Below, piece by piece: positions 49,101 through 61,335 of a stretch of DNA of 64,000 nucleotides (within the stretch, counting starts at the first letter, position 1; each line of letters begins with the position of its first letter). This DNA is from Mobula hypostoma (taxonomy: Eukaryota). The stretch lies in contig NW_026948199.1 in assembly GCF_963921235.1 (NCBI RefSeq), positions 62,001 through 126,000 of the forward strand. The letters are read 5' to 3'. The notes below the pieces were generated by a model, which was given only the letters and a program-made list of their open reading frames with translations, made no database searches and was not told the DNA's origin. Made by a program: the position numbers and the translations under genes.

Positions 49101-50409
49101 ATAGGTGATGCCTCAGAAAGCCAGCATGCATCATCATGGACCCCACCACCCAGGCCATGCCCTCTTCTCAGTCCTACCATCCAGGAGGAGGTACAGGAGC
49201 CTGAAGACTTTAGGAACAGCTTCTTCCCCATTGCCATCAGACTATGGACTCTACCTCACCACTTCCTTTACACATTTACTGATTTTGCTCTGTACTGCTG
49301 GTGCTAAACAACAAATAGTCAGTGATAATAAACCTGATCGAGTAAATAAGATTATGAGAGGCAGACAGGGTAGACAAAAAGAACTTTTTACCCAGGGTTC
49401 AGATATCAAGGACAAGAGGTGTAGGTTCGAGGTGGAGGAATGGGCTTCAGAGGTAACTTTCTTTGTTACACTTTCAGCGGTTCACATAAAATCTGCCGCC
49501 AAAGAAGGAGGTGGTGGAATCAGAACTTATCCCTACGTTTAAGAGGCAACTTAGACCGGGCACTTAAATGGACAAGGTGTAGAAGGACATGGAGGCAAAT
49601 AGGATCAATGCAGATGGGCCTTTGCACCGCCCTCTGCAACTGGATCGTCAACTCCCTCATTAGGAGACAGTGCAGGTCAGTATTGATATTCAATACAGGT
49701 ACAGCTTAAGGATCTGTGGTTTTCTCTGCTCCCTCTACACTCCTGACTGTGTGGCTACACGCAGCTCAAACTTGTAGACTTGCCCATGACCCAACTATTG
49801 TCGGCAGAGTTAGATGGCCATGAGGAGGTGTACGGGAGTGAGATAGATCAGCTGGTTGAGTGGTGCTGCAACAGAAACCTTGCACCCAGCGTCAGCGAGA
49901 GTGAGGGATTGATCATGGACTTGAGGGGAGGTTGAGGGAACGCACTCCAGTCCTCATCGGCGGGGGGGGTCAGCAGCGGAAAGGGGGTGAGCATCTTCAA
50001 GTTCCTGGGTATCAGCTTCTCAGAGGATCTATCCTGGGCCCAACACATTGATCCAATGCGTGCACCGTCTGTCTGCCTATGCACCTTGGTGCTGGGCTGT
50101 GCGCGCCTGTATATATCATCACGGGTGTGTCCATGTTGGTTTCTTCTGATGTCCCAGTTCCCTCCCATGTCCTAAGGGCATGTGGGTCAGTGTGGTAAAT
50201 CACCTTTCCCCAGTGTGCAGGTGTAGGGGTAGAACTGGGGGTGAGGACAGTAGGGAGTTGATTGGAATCTGGGGAGAATGAGAAAGGATTGGTGTGAACG
50301 GGTGGTTAAGGGTCGGCATGAATTAGATGGGCTGAAGGACCTGCCTCCATGCTGGATGACTCTTCAACTGTGGTCATACCGTTCGCCATTGTTGGCTGTG
50401 GTCCATTTA

Positions 50410-50647
50410 TAGGCATCCGTTAGTCTCATGAGACCATGGATTTGCGCCTTGCAAGGTTTCCAGGGCGCAGGCACACCGATGTTGTCCAAGGGAAGGGCAC
50501 TAGGACCCATACAGCTTGGCACCGGTGTCATCGCAGAGCAATGTGTGGTTAAGTACCTTGCTCGAGGACACACACGCTGCCTCAGCCAAGGCTCGAACTA
50601 GCGACCTTCAGATCACTAGACCAACACCTTAACCACTTGGCCACACG
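50410..50647 (-). mobile_element. tRNA-derived SINE with an RTE-like 3' tail
   Basis: Minus strand: A box TGGCCAAGTGG, B box AGTTCGAGCC, core GTGTCCTCGAGCAAGGTACTTAAC, tail TGGTCTCATGAGACTAACGGATGCCTAT. Confidence 0.7.
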
Positions 50648-52520
50648 TTCATTTAACCAGTGTGATAAATGATCCAGGGTTTATCTTCAATGATTAGAGT
50701 ACAACAGGCCACTCGGTCCATAAGCCTGCCCTATCCCTCGACCGAGGATGCATCTCCCGGATAGGTTCCCCACCAACTCTCACCCTCAGTCCTTCACGAA
50801 CATACAATATTGTTCAAAAGTCTCAGGCACACATATACAGAATAGCCAGGGTGCCTAAGACTTTTTCACAGTACAGTAGCAATTTTATGTATTGCACTGT
50901 ACTGCTTCTGCAAAAAAAAAAAAATTAATTACATAAACCTGATTCTATTGCGGACTGGGAGTGGGAAGGGGTCAGGGTCAGGGAAATCATGGTTGGGAAA
51001 GGGGGAAGGTTGGTTTTTGAGCGAGGGAGGGACAGGATTTGGGATCTGATGTTCTTATTGGTTTTTGTGTGCGAGGGAGGGGGTGGTGGGGGTTCGGGAT
51101 TTGCGAGTTTGCTTTCTTTTTCCTTTTCGTGCTGGGAGGGGGGTTGATGTCTTCTCCCATGGCTTTTTCTGTATTTCATGGCTATCTGGAGAAGATGAAT
51201 ATCAGAGTTGAACTGTACATGCAGACTTTGACAATAAAATGAACCTTTAAACGGGTGACCACCTTATTTTTATATTCAAACGGATTCTAGATTTACTCTC
51301 AAGAAGAAACAGCCTACTTGTCATAAGACTATGAAATGGTTCCCTGGTACAATAAAATGGACTCTTGACCTCACAATCTACTGTTATGACCTTGCACTAC
51401 ACTTTCTCTATAGCTGCTACACTTTATTCTGCATTCAGATTACTTTTTACTTTGTTTTTCTGCACTGTGTAATCGTCTGAATGTTATACAAGACACTGTA
51501 TCATGGTACATGTGACAATAATAAACCAATTCCATCTGTACATTCTCCCCGTGACCCCATGGGTTTCCGTCCATATTCCAAAGATGTATGGGTTAGGGTT
51601 AGCGGGCGAACATGTGAGTGGGCATCTGGCTGGGCCACATCCTCAAACTGTATTGGTCTGAACAAGCCATTTCACTCATGTGACAAATAAAGCTAATCTT
51701 TAAAATTCAGTCAGGTTATAAAAGCCCAGTCAGTCTGATGCTTTTTCAGGAGGCTACCCACCCATACCATTTATTGGTCCACCAAACTTTCTCTGATCTG
51801 CTCCCAGAAGGTTAGCACCCTTCCCTATCAGCCCACAGTGCTCCGGTAATGGTCTCATCCGTGGCCTGTACGCCAACAATGGATTACAGTGTTACAATGG
51901 GCCTACAGTGGATCCACAGACAGGGAACGTGGCTTTTGTGGGGCAATTGATTAAAGTTTGGGAGGGCGTCAGGAGAAGGAATTCACCAGGAGCGGTGGGG
52001 GATGTGGAACTCAAGGCCCAGGACACAGAAGCCAAATGTACTTGGCAAGTTGCTGGATCAGCAGATGCTCTGCTGTTACTGTACGTGGAATGCAGGAGGA
52101 TGAGGTGGAATGTGTCTGCAATAGAATACTACGAGTTCAGGCTCCCTCACTGCGTCTTTCCACAACACCATTGTCTTACTGGCCTGATTCCAAACCCGAA
52201 TGATGGAACTGTTGTGATTTATCCTCATAAGCCCAGGGATACAGACATCCACAATCCCTCACAGAAGGGGGATTGGACATTCAAAGAGGCAGCATCCCTC
52301 CCTTGACTCCCTGCGATTCCGGTGGGGGGGCACACATTCCTCCTCCATATCGAGGAGTGCAGCCCTCTTCCCATTCCATCCACCCATCAAAGACAGCTCA
52401 TGCCCTTCCCACCCCATTCAAGCCCCTTTCTCCACAAGCCCCATTAAAAGAATAACACCTCCTCCATACCCTCATTAAAGGGAAAACACCCCCTCCACAT
52501 CATTTAAAGGCACAACACCC

Positions 52521-55500
52521 CATAGAACCATAGAAACTACAGCACAGAAACAGGCCCTTTGGCCCTTCTTGGCTGTGCCAAACCATTTTCTGCCTAGTCC
52601 CACTGACCTGCACACGGACCATATCCCTCCATACACCTCCCATCCATGTATCTGTCCAATTTATTCTTAAATGTTAAAAAAGAACCCGCATTTACCACCT
52701 CGTCTGGCAGCTCATTCCATACTCCCACCACTCTCTGTGTGAAGAAGCCCCCCACAATGTTCCCTTTAAACTTTTCCCCCCTCACCCTTAACCCATGTCC
52801 TCTGGTTTTTTTCTCCCCTTGCCTCAGTGGAAAAAGCCTGCTTGCATTCACTCTATCTATACCCATCATAATTTTATATACCTCTATCAAATCTCCCCTC
52901 ATTCTTCTACGCTCCAGGGAATAAAGTCCTAACCTATTCAACCTTTCTCTGTAACTGAGTTTCTCAAGTCCCGGCAACATCCTTGTAAACCTTCTCTGCA
53001 CTCTTTCAACCTTATTTATATCCTTCCTGTAATTTGGTGATCAAAACTGAACACAATACTCCAGATTCGGCCTCACCAATGCCTTACACAACCTCATCAT
53101 AACACTCCAGCTCTTATACTCAATACCTCGATTAATAAAGGCCAATGTTAAAAGCTCTCTTTACGACTCTATCTACCTGTGACGACACTTTTAGGGAATT
53201 TTGTATCTGTATTCCCAGATCCCTCTGTTCCACTGCACTCCTCAGTGCCTTACCATTAACCCTGTATGTTCTACCTTGGTTTGTCCTTCCAACGTGCAAT
53301 ACCTCACACTTATCAGTATTAAACTCCATCTGCCATTTTTCAGCCCATTTTTCCAGCTGGTCCAAGTCCCTCTGCAGGCTCTGAAAACCTTCCTCACTGT
53401 CCACTACACCTCCAATCTTTGTATCATCAGCAAACTTGCTGATCCAATTTACCACATTATCATCCAGATCATTGATATAGATGACAAATAACAATGGACC
53501 CAGCACTGATCCCTGTGGCACACCACTAGTCACAGGCCTCCACTCAGAGAAGCAATTCTCTACCACCACTCTCTGGCTTCTTCCATCGAGCCAATGTCTA
53601 ATCCAATTTACCACCTCTCCATGTATACCTAGCGACTGAATTTTCCTAGCTAACCTCCCATGCGGGACCTTGTCAAAGGCCTTACTGAAGTCCATGTAGA
53701 CAATATCCACTGCCTTCCCTTCATCCATTTTCCTGGTAACCTCCCCGAAAAACTCCAACAGATTGGTCAAACATGACCTACCATGCACAAAGCCATGTTG
53801 ACTCTCCCTAATAAGCCCCTATCTATCCAAATGCTTGTAGATTCTGCCTGTTAGTACTCCCTCCAATAACTTACCTACTACTGACGTTAAACTCACCGGC
53901 CTACAATTTCCCGGATTACTTTTCGATCCTTTTTTAAACAATGGAACAACATGAGCCACTCTCCAATCCTCCGGCACTTCACCCGTAGACAGCAACATTT
54001 TAAATATTTCTGCCAGGGCCCCCGCAATTTCAACACTAGTCTCCTTCAAGGTCCAAGGGAACACTCTGTCAGGTCCCAGGGATTTATCCACTTTAATTTT
54101 CCTCAAGACAGCAAGCACCTCCTCTTTTCAATCTGTACAGTTTCCATGGTCTCACTACTTGATTCCCTCAATTCCATAGATTTCATGCCAGCTTCCTTAG
54201 TAAATACAGACGCAAAAAACCTATTTAAGATCTCCCCCATTTCTTTTGGTTCCGCACAAAGCCAACCACTCTGATCTTCAAGAGGGCCAATTTTATCCCT
54301 TACAATCCTTTTCCTCTTAATATACTTGTAAAAGCTCTTTGGATTATCCTTCACTTTGACTGCCAAGGCAACCTCATGTCTTCTTTTAGTCCTCCTGATT
54401 TCTTTCTTAAGTATTTTCTTGCACTTCTTATACTCCTCAAGCACCTGATTTACCCCCTGTTTCCTATACATTTCATACAACTCCCTCTTCTTCTTTATCA
54501 GAGTTGCAATATCCCTTGATAACCAAGGTTCTTTATTCCTATTTAATTTGCCTTTAATCCTGACAGGAGCATACAAACTCTGCACCCTCAAAATTTACCC
54601 TTTGAAGGCTTCCCACCTACCAATCACATCTTTGCCAGAGAACAACCTGTCCCAATCCACGCTTTTTAGATCCTTTCTCATTTCTTCAAATTTGGCCTTC
54701 TTCCAGTTCAGAACCTCAACCCTAGGACCAGATCTATCCTTGTCCATGATCAAATTGAAACTAATGGTGTTATGATCACTGGAACTAAAGTGCTCCCCTA
54801 CACAGACTTCTGTCACTTGCCCTAATTCGTTTCCTAACTGGAGATCCAATATTGCATCCCCTCTAGTTGATCCCTCTATATATTGATTTAGAAAACTTTC
54901 CTGAACACATTTTACAAACTCTAAACCATCTAGACCCCTAACAGTATGGGAGTCCCAATCAACGTATGGAAAATTAAAATCCCCTACCACCACAACTTTA
55001 TGTTATCTCTGCTATCTCTCTGCAGATTTGCTCTTCCAAGTCTCGTTGACTATTGGGTGGTCTGTAATACAATCCCACTAATGTGGCCATACCTTTCCTG
55101 TTTCTCAGCTCCACCCATAAGGACTCAGTAGACAAGCCCTCTAATCTGTCCTGCCTGAGCACTGCTGTAATATTTTCCCTAACAAGCAATGCTACTCCCC
55201 CACCTTTCATTCCTCTGCCTCGATCACATCTGAAACATTGGAACCCTGGAATATTAAGCTGCCAGTCCTGCCCCTCCTGTAGCCAAGTTTCACTAATTGC
55301 TACAACATCATAATTCCACATGTCAATCCACGCTCTCAACTCATCCGCCTTCCCCGCAATACTCCTAGCATTGAAATATATACACCTCAGAAGATTTTTA
55401 CCACCACTCACAACCTTTCTATCAGCGGATTTGCTTGAACTTTCAACATCATTTATTTTCACCCCAGCCACACTGTCAGCTCTGGCACTCTGGTTCCCAT

Positions 55501-55812
55501 CCCCCTGCCAATCTAGTTTAAAGCCTCCCCAATAGCACTAACAAACCTCCCTGAAAGGATATTGGTCCCCCTGTGGTTCAAGTGTAACCCGTCTCTCTTG
55601 TACAGGTCCCACCTGCCCCAGAAGAGGTCCCAATGATCCTGAAATCTGAAACCCTGCCCCCTAAACCAGTTCCTCAGCCATTTGTTCCTCCTCCAGAGCA
55701 TCCTATTCCTACCCTCACTGGCACGTGGCACAGGTAGCAATCCTGAGATTACCACCCTTGAGTCCTGCTTTTCAACTTCCTACCAAGCTCTCTATACTCA
55801 CTGTCCAGGACC
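52521..55812 (-). mobile_element. CR1 LINE (ORF1 end plus nearly full ORF2, frameshifted), 5'-truncated, in intron 1 of the BANP-like gene
   Basis: [53 protein letters not shown]; tail (TTCTATGG)n. Confidence 0.95.
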
Positions 55813-55814
55813 TC

Positions 55815-56210
55815 TCCATACTTTCATTAAAGGGACAACACCCCCTCCACATCATTTAAAGGCACAGCATCCCCTCCATACCCTCATTAAAGGAAAAACA
55901 CCCCCTCCATACCCTCATTGAAGGGAAAACACCCCCTCCACATCATTTAAAGGCACAACACCCCCTCCATACCCTCATTAAAGGGAAAACACCCCCTCCA
56001 TACCCTCATTAAAGGGAAAACACCCCCTCCACATCATTTAAAGGCACAACACCCCCTCCATACTCTCATTAAAGGGAAAACACCCCCCCCGCACATCATT
56101 TAAAGGCACAATATCCCCTCCATACCCTCATTAAAGGGAAAACACCTCCTCCACATCATTTAAAGGGAAAACATCCTCTCCACATTATTTAAAGGCACAA
56201 CACCCCCTCC
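55815..56210. repeat. ~30-bp minisatellite, continued at 52440-52520 on the other side of the CR1
   Basis: Units ATTAAAGGGAAAACACCCCCTCCATACCCTC and ATTTAAAGGCACAACACCCCCTCCACATC. Confidence 0.92.
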
Positions 56211-56279
56211 ACCCCACTCCTCTAATAAAGTGAGGGCACCCCTTCCTCCCACGTGACCCCTCACTTTCTCTCCCCCCCC

Positions 56280-57100
56280 ACCCCGCACGGGAGCTGAAAT
56301 GGCAAGTCTCGCGAGCTCTCGTCTCTCGCGGGAGCCACCCACCGACCTGTCAGTCAGTCGCAGGTGAGCAGCTCAGACGGCAGGGGGCGAGACCCGAACC
56401 CGCTCTCCGCGCCGGCGTCCAATCAGGGTGGCCTACTCGCGCCCTTCCATTGGTCGACGTCTATGACTGACAAGATGCGGCTGTAACCGTTAGAGAGACG
56501 GGAGGTTGCGAGGCCGCCCGGCGAATGAAGAAGCAAAAACCCTCCCTCGGAAGTAATCCTGCTGCTCAGTCTACCGGCGGAATACCTTCTCAGTGTTTTC
56601 TTTGAGTTTCTGTGTTCGGTGGAGAACTCTAGAGATAAAGTGCTGGCAGAAAATCGGCCATTACCATCAGCGGCTTCGCTCCACCTTTGTTGTACACTGA
56701 ACACCCCTGACTGCCCCCAACAAAGATGGCGTCGAGAGTCTTACTTCTAATTGGTTGGCGGAATGCCCCGTTATCTGGACTGAACCAATGGCTGCAGCCT
56801 CGCTTATCTGCCTGACCAATCAATTGATGCCGGTGGGCTTTTTCTCTCTGGCGGAGCCACGCAGTCGCCAATCAGATAACCGGTTAGTTTATCTCTCGCT
56901 TCACCGCTGTGTTCTGCCCTGTGAGTGATGAGGATGCTTTCTGTTGACAGTAGGCAATGGCCAATCGGAGATAAGATTTAGGGCCGCCGTTTGTGTAGAC
57001 TCTAATCTCTGATTGGTTGGAAAGTCACAGCAAACTGTCACGGTGTCCAATCAAAGGAACCATATGCTTTTTCTCCATAACTATCAGCCAATCAAGTTTG
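56280..57100. promoter_or_regulatory. CpG-island promoter (probable BANP-like TSS ~56400 on the minus strand; possibly bidirectional)
   Basis: CpG-rich unique DNA; about ten CCAAT/ATTGG boxes; YY1 motif AAGATGGCG at ~56723; two CGCG elements at 56307 and 56324. Confidence 0.75.
56347..56410 (-). other. Candidate non-coding exon 1 of the BANP-like gene
   Basis: Donor CAG|GTCGGT at 56347/56346, downstream of CCAAT boxes at 56419 and 56448. The 5' end is approximate. Confidence 0.5.
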
Positions 57101-57829
57101 AAGTGCGATGCATTGCATTATCTGATGGTTCTCTCAGCAACCTCAAATCGCGCATTAATTTCCCCTGCAACGCACCTTCCCACCCCCCAACAATTAGTGC
57201 GTGCGACAATAATATTTAAGTTTGCACCCCTCTGAGGTGGACAATTCAGAGGCACGGTCCCAGGGATCACCTGTGTTACGGTTAGACCCCTCTCCTCTGG
57301 CAATTGTGACCAAAGTGCAAGTTCACGGCCAATACACTCTGTGGCTTCACTTACCAAGGCCCAGTTTCTCAATGCTTATTTTTAGCCACCTCCGCAACTC
57401 GCCCCCAATCACATTTGACAAATTACTTATTTAACCTCTTCCCCCATCTTTAGCAGCTTCGTCAGTGGCGTGAAGGTCAGAACTGGTGACCTTCAGTGAT
57501 GATTACACTATATCAGATTCAGATTTATTTATTGCATGTGTAAAGTTCAAAGTAAGTTTATTATTCCGAGATTACATTTCTAACATGTGCATCAAAACCT
57601 GCAGTGGAATGTGACAGCCAACTTGTCTAAGGGTGTGCTGAGGGCGGCCTACAAGCGTTGCCGTGCTTTGGTTTGTGAAAACACGTGCTGTGCTGGCCGC
57701 AGTTCTCTGTGGAACAACACGAAACCCAACAAGGCAATAACAGTTCCTCCCTCAACCTCACCCATGCACATACACCAGGACAGACATCTTTGGCGTCTAA
57801 CCTGTTATGGACTTGGACTCACAGACGTT

Positions 57830-58800
57830 CCTCCACTTCCTGAGGAGATTGAGACAAGCAAGTCCCCCCCCACAATCTTAACTGAATTTTACAGGAGCAC
57901 CATCAAGTTTGTCCTGACAAGCTGCATCTCCACCTGCTATGGGAGCAGTTGAGCATTGGCCCTGAAGTGCCTACAAGGGTCTGTGAGAACTGCTGAGAGG
58001 ATCATAGGGGTCTCCTTACCATCCGTAAGACACAGAAGCAGAATTAGGCCATTCAGCCCTTCGAGTCTGCTCTGCTAAACCATCATGGCTGGTCCCGAAT
58101 CCCACTCAACCCCATACACCTGCCTTCTCGCCCTATCCTTCGATGCCCTGACCCATCAGGAATTTATCAACTTTCATTCTGAATACATCCACAGGCTTGG
58201 CGTCCACCACAGTCTGTGGCTGAGCATTCCATAGATCTACTACTCTCTGGCTAGAAAAAAATCCTCCTTTCCTCTGTTCTAAAAGGTCAACCCCTCAATT
58301 TTGAGACAATGCCCTCCAGTTCTGGATACCCCCGACATAAGAAACATCTTCTCCACATCCACCCTATCTAGTCCTTTCAACATTCAGTAGGTTTCAATGA
58401 GATTCCCTGTGTTCTTCAAAATGTGGGGGCATTTATCAGGAGCACTGCAATCACAGGACCCTTAGTATTATCAAGGATCCCACCCATCCATCCAGCATCC
58501 TCTTTGACCTTCTACCATCAGGCAGGAGACTCCGATGCATAAAGACGAGAACGGTCGGGATGGGAAACAGTTTCTTCCCCCAGGCCTTTAGGCTTCTGAA
58601 CTCCCTGCCGCATAACATTTGAAATGTCACCAGATAAATTGTCCTGTCCCCTACAATATTTAATTTATGCACTTTAACTATGCATAATTCATTTGTAGAT
58701 TTAATTCTTACTTTGCTAAGTTATGGTGTGTTGATGTACACCCTGGTCCAGAGCAGTGTCGTGCCATTTGACAGTACACGTGTATATAGGTAAATGACAT
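57830..58800. mobile_element. Rex 3' fragment (+) interrupted by a CR1 3' fragment (-, ~58026-58420)
   Basis: FYRSTIKFVLTSCIST and IIKDPTHPSS..LLPSGRRLR flank the reverse CR1 tail AGCAGAATTAGGCCATTCAGCCC. Confidence 0.7.
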
Positions 58801-59076
58801 CACACGACTTGACTTCTCCACAGGACCCACAGAGACTCGCAGACTCGGGGCTTCAGCCATCGGGCCCCAGCGTCTGTTCCATTTGCAGCCCCTCAGTGAC
58901 CGAAGCAGCTCGCCCAGTCCAGAAAGACAGCACTGAACACTGAGGCAGGGGCAGTGGCCTCTTACCATCTCCAAGTTTGCCACTGTCAGCATTCGGGGTG
59001 GGACGCCGGGGGGTCGGGGGGGGGGGAGCCGCCCCTGCAAGTTGCACGCTATCCTGACTGAGAAACGCATCTCTAG

Positions 59077-59122
59077 CACACACACACAGAGTCCTGTCTC
59101 ACACAGATACATCCAGCCTTGT

Positions 59123-59170
<48 letters not shown>

Positions 59171-59222
59171 CCTGTCTCACACAGATACACCCAGCCTTGT
59201 TATACACACACACACACACACA
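59077..59222. repeat. (CA)n microsatellites with a duplicated ~40-bp spacer
   Basis: GAGTCCTGTCTCACACAGATACA.CCAGCCTTGTTAT occurs twice between CA runs. Confidence 0.9.
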
Positions 59223-60346
59223 GAAACGTTCTGCTCTACCATTTCTGGTCACTGTGGAGACTCAGCAGGCTTGGGGGACGGGAGCTGCCCCTGGCAGTGA
59301 GAGGCGAGGGGAGGCAGGTGTTCAGAAAATCGTCTTGTCCACTAGAGGTCTCTTCCCTGTCATGGGAAGCCCAGCCCACGGGCTCGGCTTTCAATGAGAG
59401 CCCGTGCCGAGCTGACAGACCTCTGAGAAAGGAGGCCATTCAGCCCCTCTTAGCCTGCCACCTGGAGACAGCAGGAGACCCACGTCAACAGTGTAGGGTT
59501 TGTATGCTACCCCCCTGACCATGTAGGTTTCCTCTGACTTTCCAAAGTACAAGTCAGGGTTGGTAAGCTGTGGGCATGGTACGTTGGCACCAGAACATGA
59601 TGACACTGCGGGCTGCACCAACACATCCTCAGACTGTGTTGACGCAAAAAGACATTTCACTGTATCTTTCAGTTGTCATGTGACAAATAAAACTAATTCA
59701 AATAAACACATCCTTAACAATAGGCCGGTCCCAGTAATACCAGGTTGGCAGTGGTGGCAGTCAGGGTTAAGAGTGACGGGCGATGCTGGCACCAAATGAG
59801 AGGGCAGCTTCGTTGTCCTTCTGTGTTGTGTGTGCTCTTCCAATCCTCCCCTGCTCCATTCGAGATTCCACTTCCACATCTATCACACCCCTCGGGATAG
59901 AGTCTGCCAGCTGCCCGCTGCCTTTCCCGGCTCCCTCTACCCGTCCACCCCGTGCTCAGCACACTGCCTGAGTCTTTGGCTCCCTCAGCCTTAGAGTCAG
60001 GGAAAAATACAGCACAGAAACAGGCCCTTCAGCCCATCTAGTCTGTGCTAAACCACTTCAGCTACCTACTCCCACAGATTTACCGGGATCTGCGCTAAAA
60101 CATTGGAATTCTTTATCTACATCTTGCTGTATCTTGGCTAAATCTTAGGAAGGCAGGCTTCAACTTCACAACAGCCGATGCCCCATGTGGCAGAGCTGTC
60201 TCGTGTCCTGTTGGCACAGTGACCCAATGATTAGAACCACTGCCTCATGACTGCAGAGACCCCCCCGTTCAGTCCTGATCTCCGGCGCTCTGTGTGTGTG
60301 AGAGAGAGAGAAAGACAGAGAGTGTGTGAGAGAGAGACAGAGAGTG

Positions 60347-61100
60347 NNNNNNNNNNNNNNNNNNNNNNNNNNNNNNNNNNNNNNNNNNNNNNNNNNNNNN
60401 NNNNNNNNNNNNNNNNNNNNNNNNNNNNNNNNNNNNNNNNNNNNNNNNNNNNNNNNNNNNNNNNNNNNNNNNNNNNNNNNNNNNNNNNNNNNNNNNNNNN
60501 NNNNNNNNNNNNNNNNNNNNNNNNNNNNNNNNNNNNNNNNNNNNNNNNNNNNNNNNNNNNNNNNNNNNNNNNNNNNNNNNNNNNNNNNNNNNNNNNNNNN
60601 NNNNNNNNNNNNNNNNNNNNNNNNNNNNNNNNNNNNNNNNNNNNNNNNNNNNNNNNNNNNNNNNNNNNNNNNNNNNNNNNNNNNNNNNNNNNNNNNNNNN
60701 NNNNNNNNNNNNNNNNNNNNNNNNNNNNNNNNNNNNNNNNNNNNNNNNNNNNNNNNNNNNNNNNNNNNNNNNNNNNNNNNNNNNNNNNNNNNNNNNNNNN
60801 NNNNNNNNNNNNNNNNNNNNNNNNNNNNNNNNNNNNNNNNNNNNNNNNNNNNNNNNNNNNNNNNNNNNNNNNNNNNNNNNNNNNNNNNNNNNNNNNNNNN
60901 NNNNNNNNNNNNNNNNNNNNNNNNNNNNNNNNNNNNNNNNNNNNNNNNNNNNNNNNNNNNNNNNNNNNNNNNNNNNNNNNNNNNNNNNNNNNNNNNNNNN
61001 NNNNNNNNNNNNNNNNNNNNNNNNNNNNNNNNNNNNNNNNNNNNNNNNNNNNNNNNNNNNNNNNNNNNNNNNNNNNNNNNNNNNNNNNNNNNNNNNNNNN
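60347..61100. other. Assembly gap (754 N) flanked by (GA)/(GT) microsatellite
   Basis: Run of N. Confidence 1.
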
Positions 61101-61301
61101 AATGCATGTGTGTGTGAGTGAGAGTCTGTGAGTGTGTGTCTGAGCGTGTGTGTGTTTGTGTCACGGTCTGGACACAGCCTTCGCTCTCTTCCTGAGACTC
61201 TGGTTTTTGCCGGACATTCTGGTTTTCTTCCACATCCTGAGTTGGTGGATTAATCAGCCGGTGTGAAATGTCAGATTTCACCCCCACACACACATAACCA
61301 C

Positions 61302-61335
<34 letters not shown>

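Noticed and set aside
50575-50647. tRNA-like A and B boxes
   Set aside because: Head of a SINE followed by SINE core and tail; no complete cloverleaf.
51908-52306. 132-aa plus-strand ORF in intron 1
   Set aside because: Non-ATG start, no recognisable homology and no supporting splice signals.
56423-56871. Short ORFs or a possible structured ncRNA (telomerase RNA, 7SK, RNase P/MRP) in the CpG island
   Set aside because: No template or conserved motifs of those RNAs were recognised; better explained as promoter sequence.
60166-61335. ORFs spanning X runs
   Set aside because: They cross the assembly gap.
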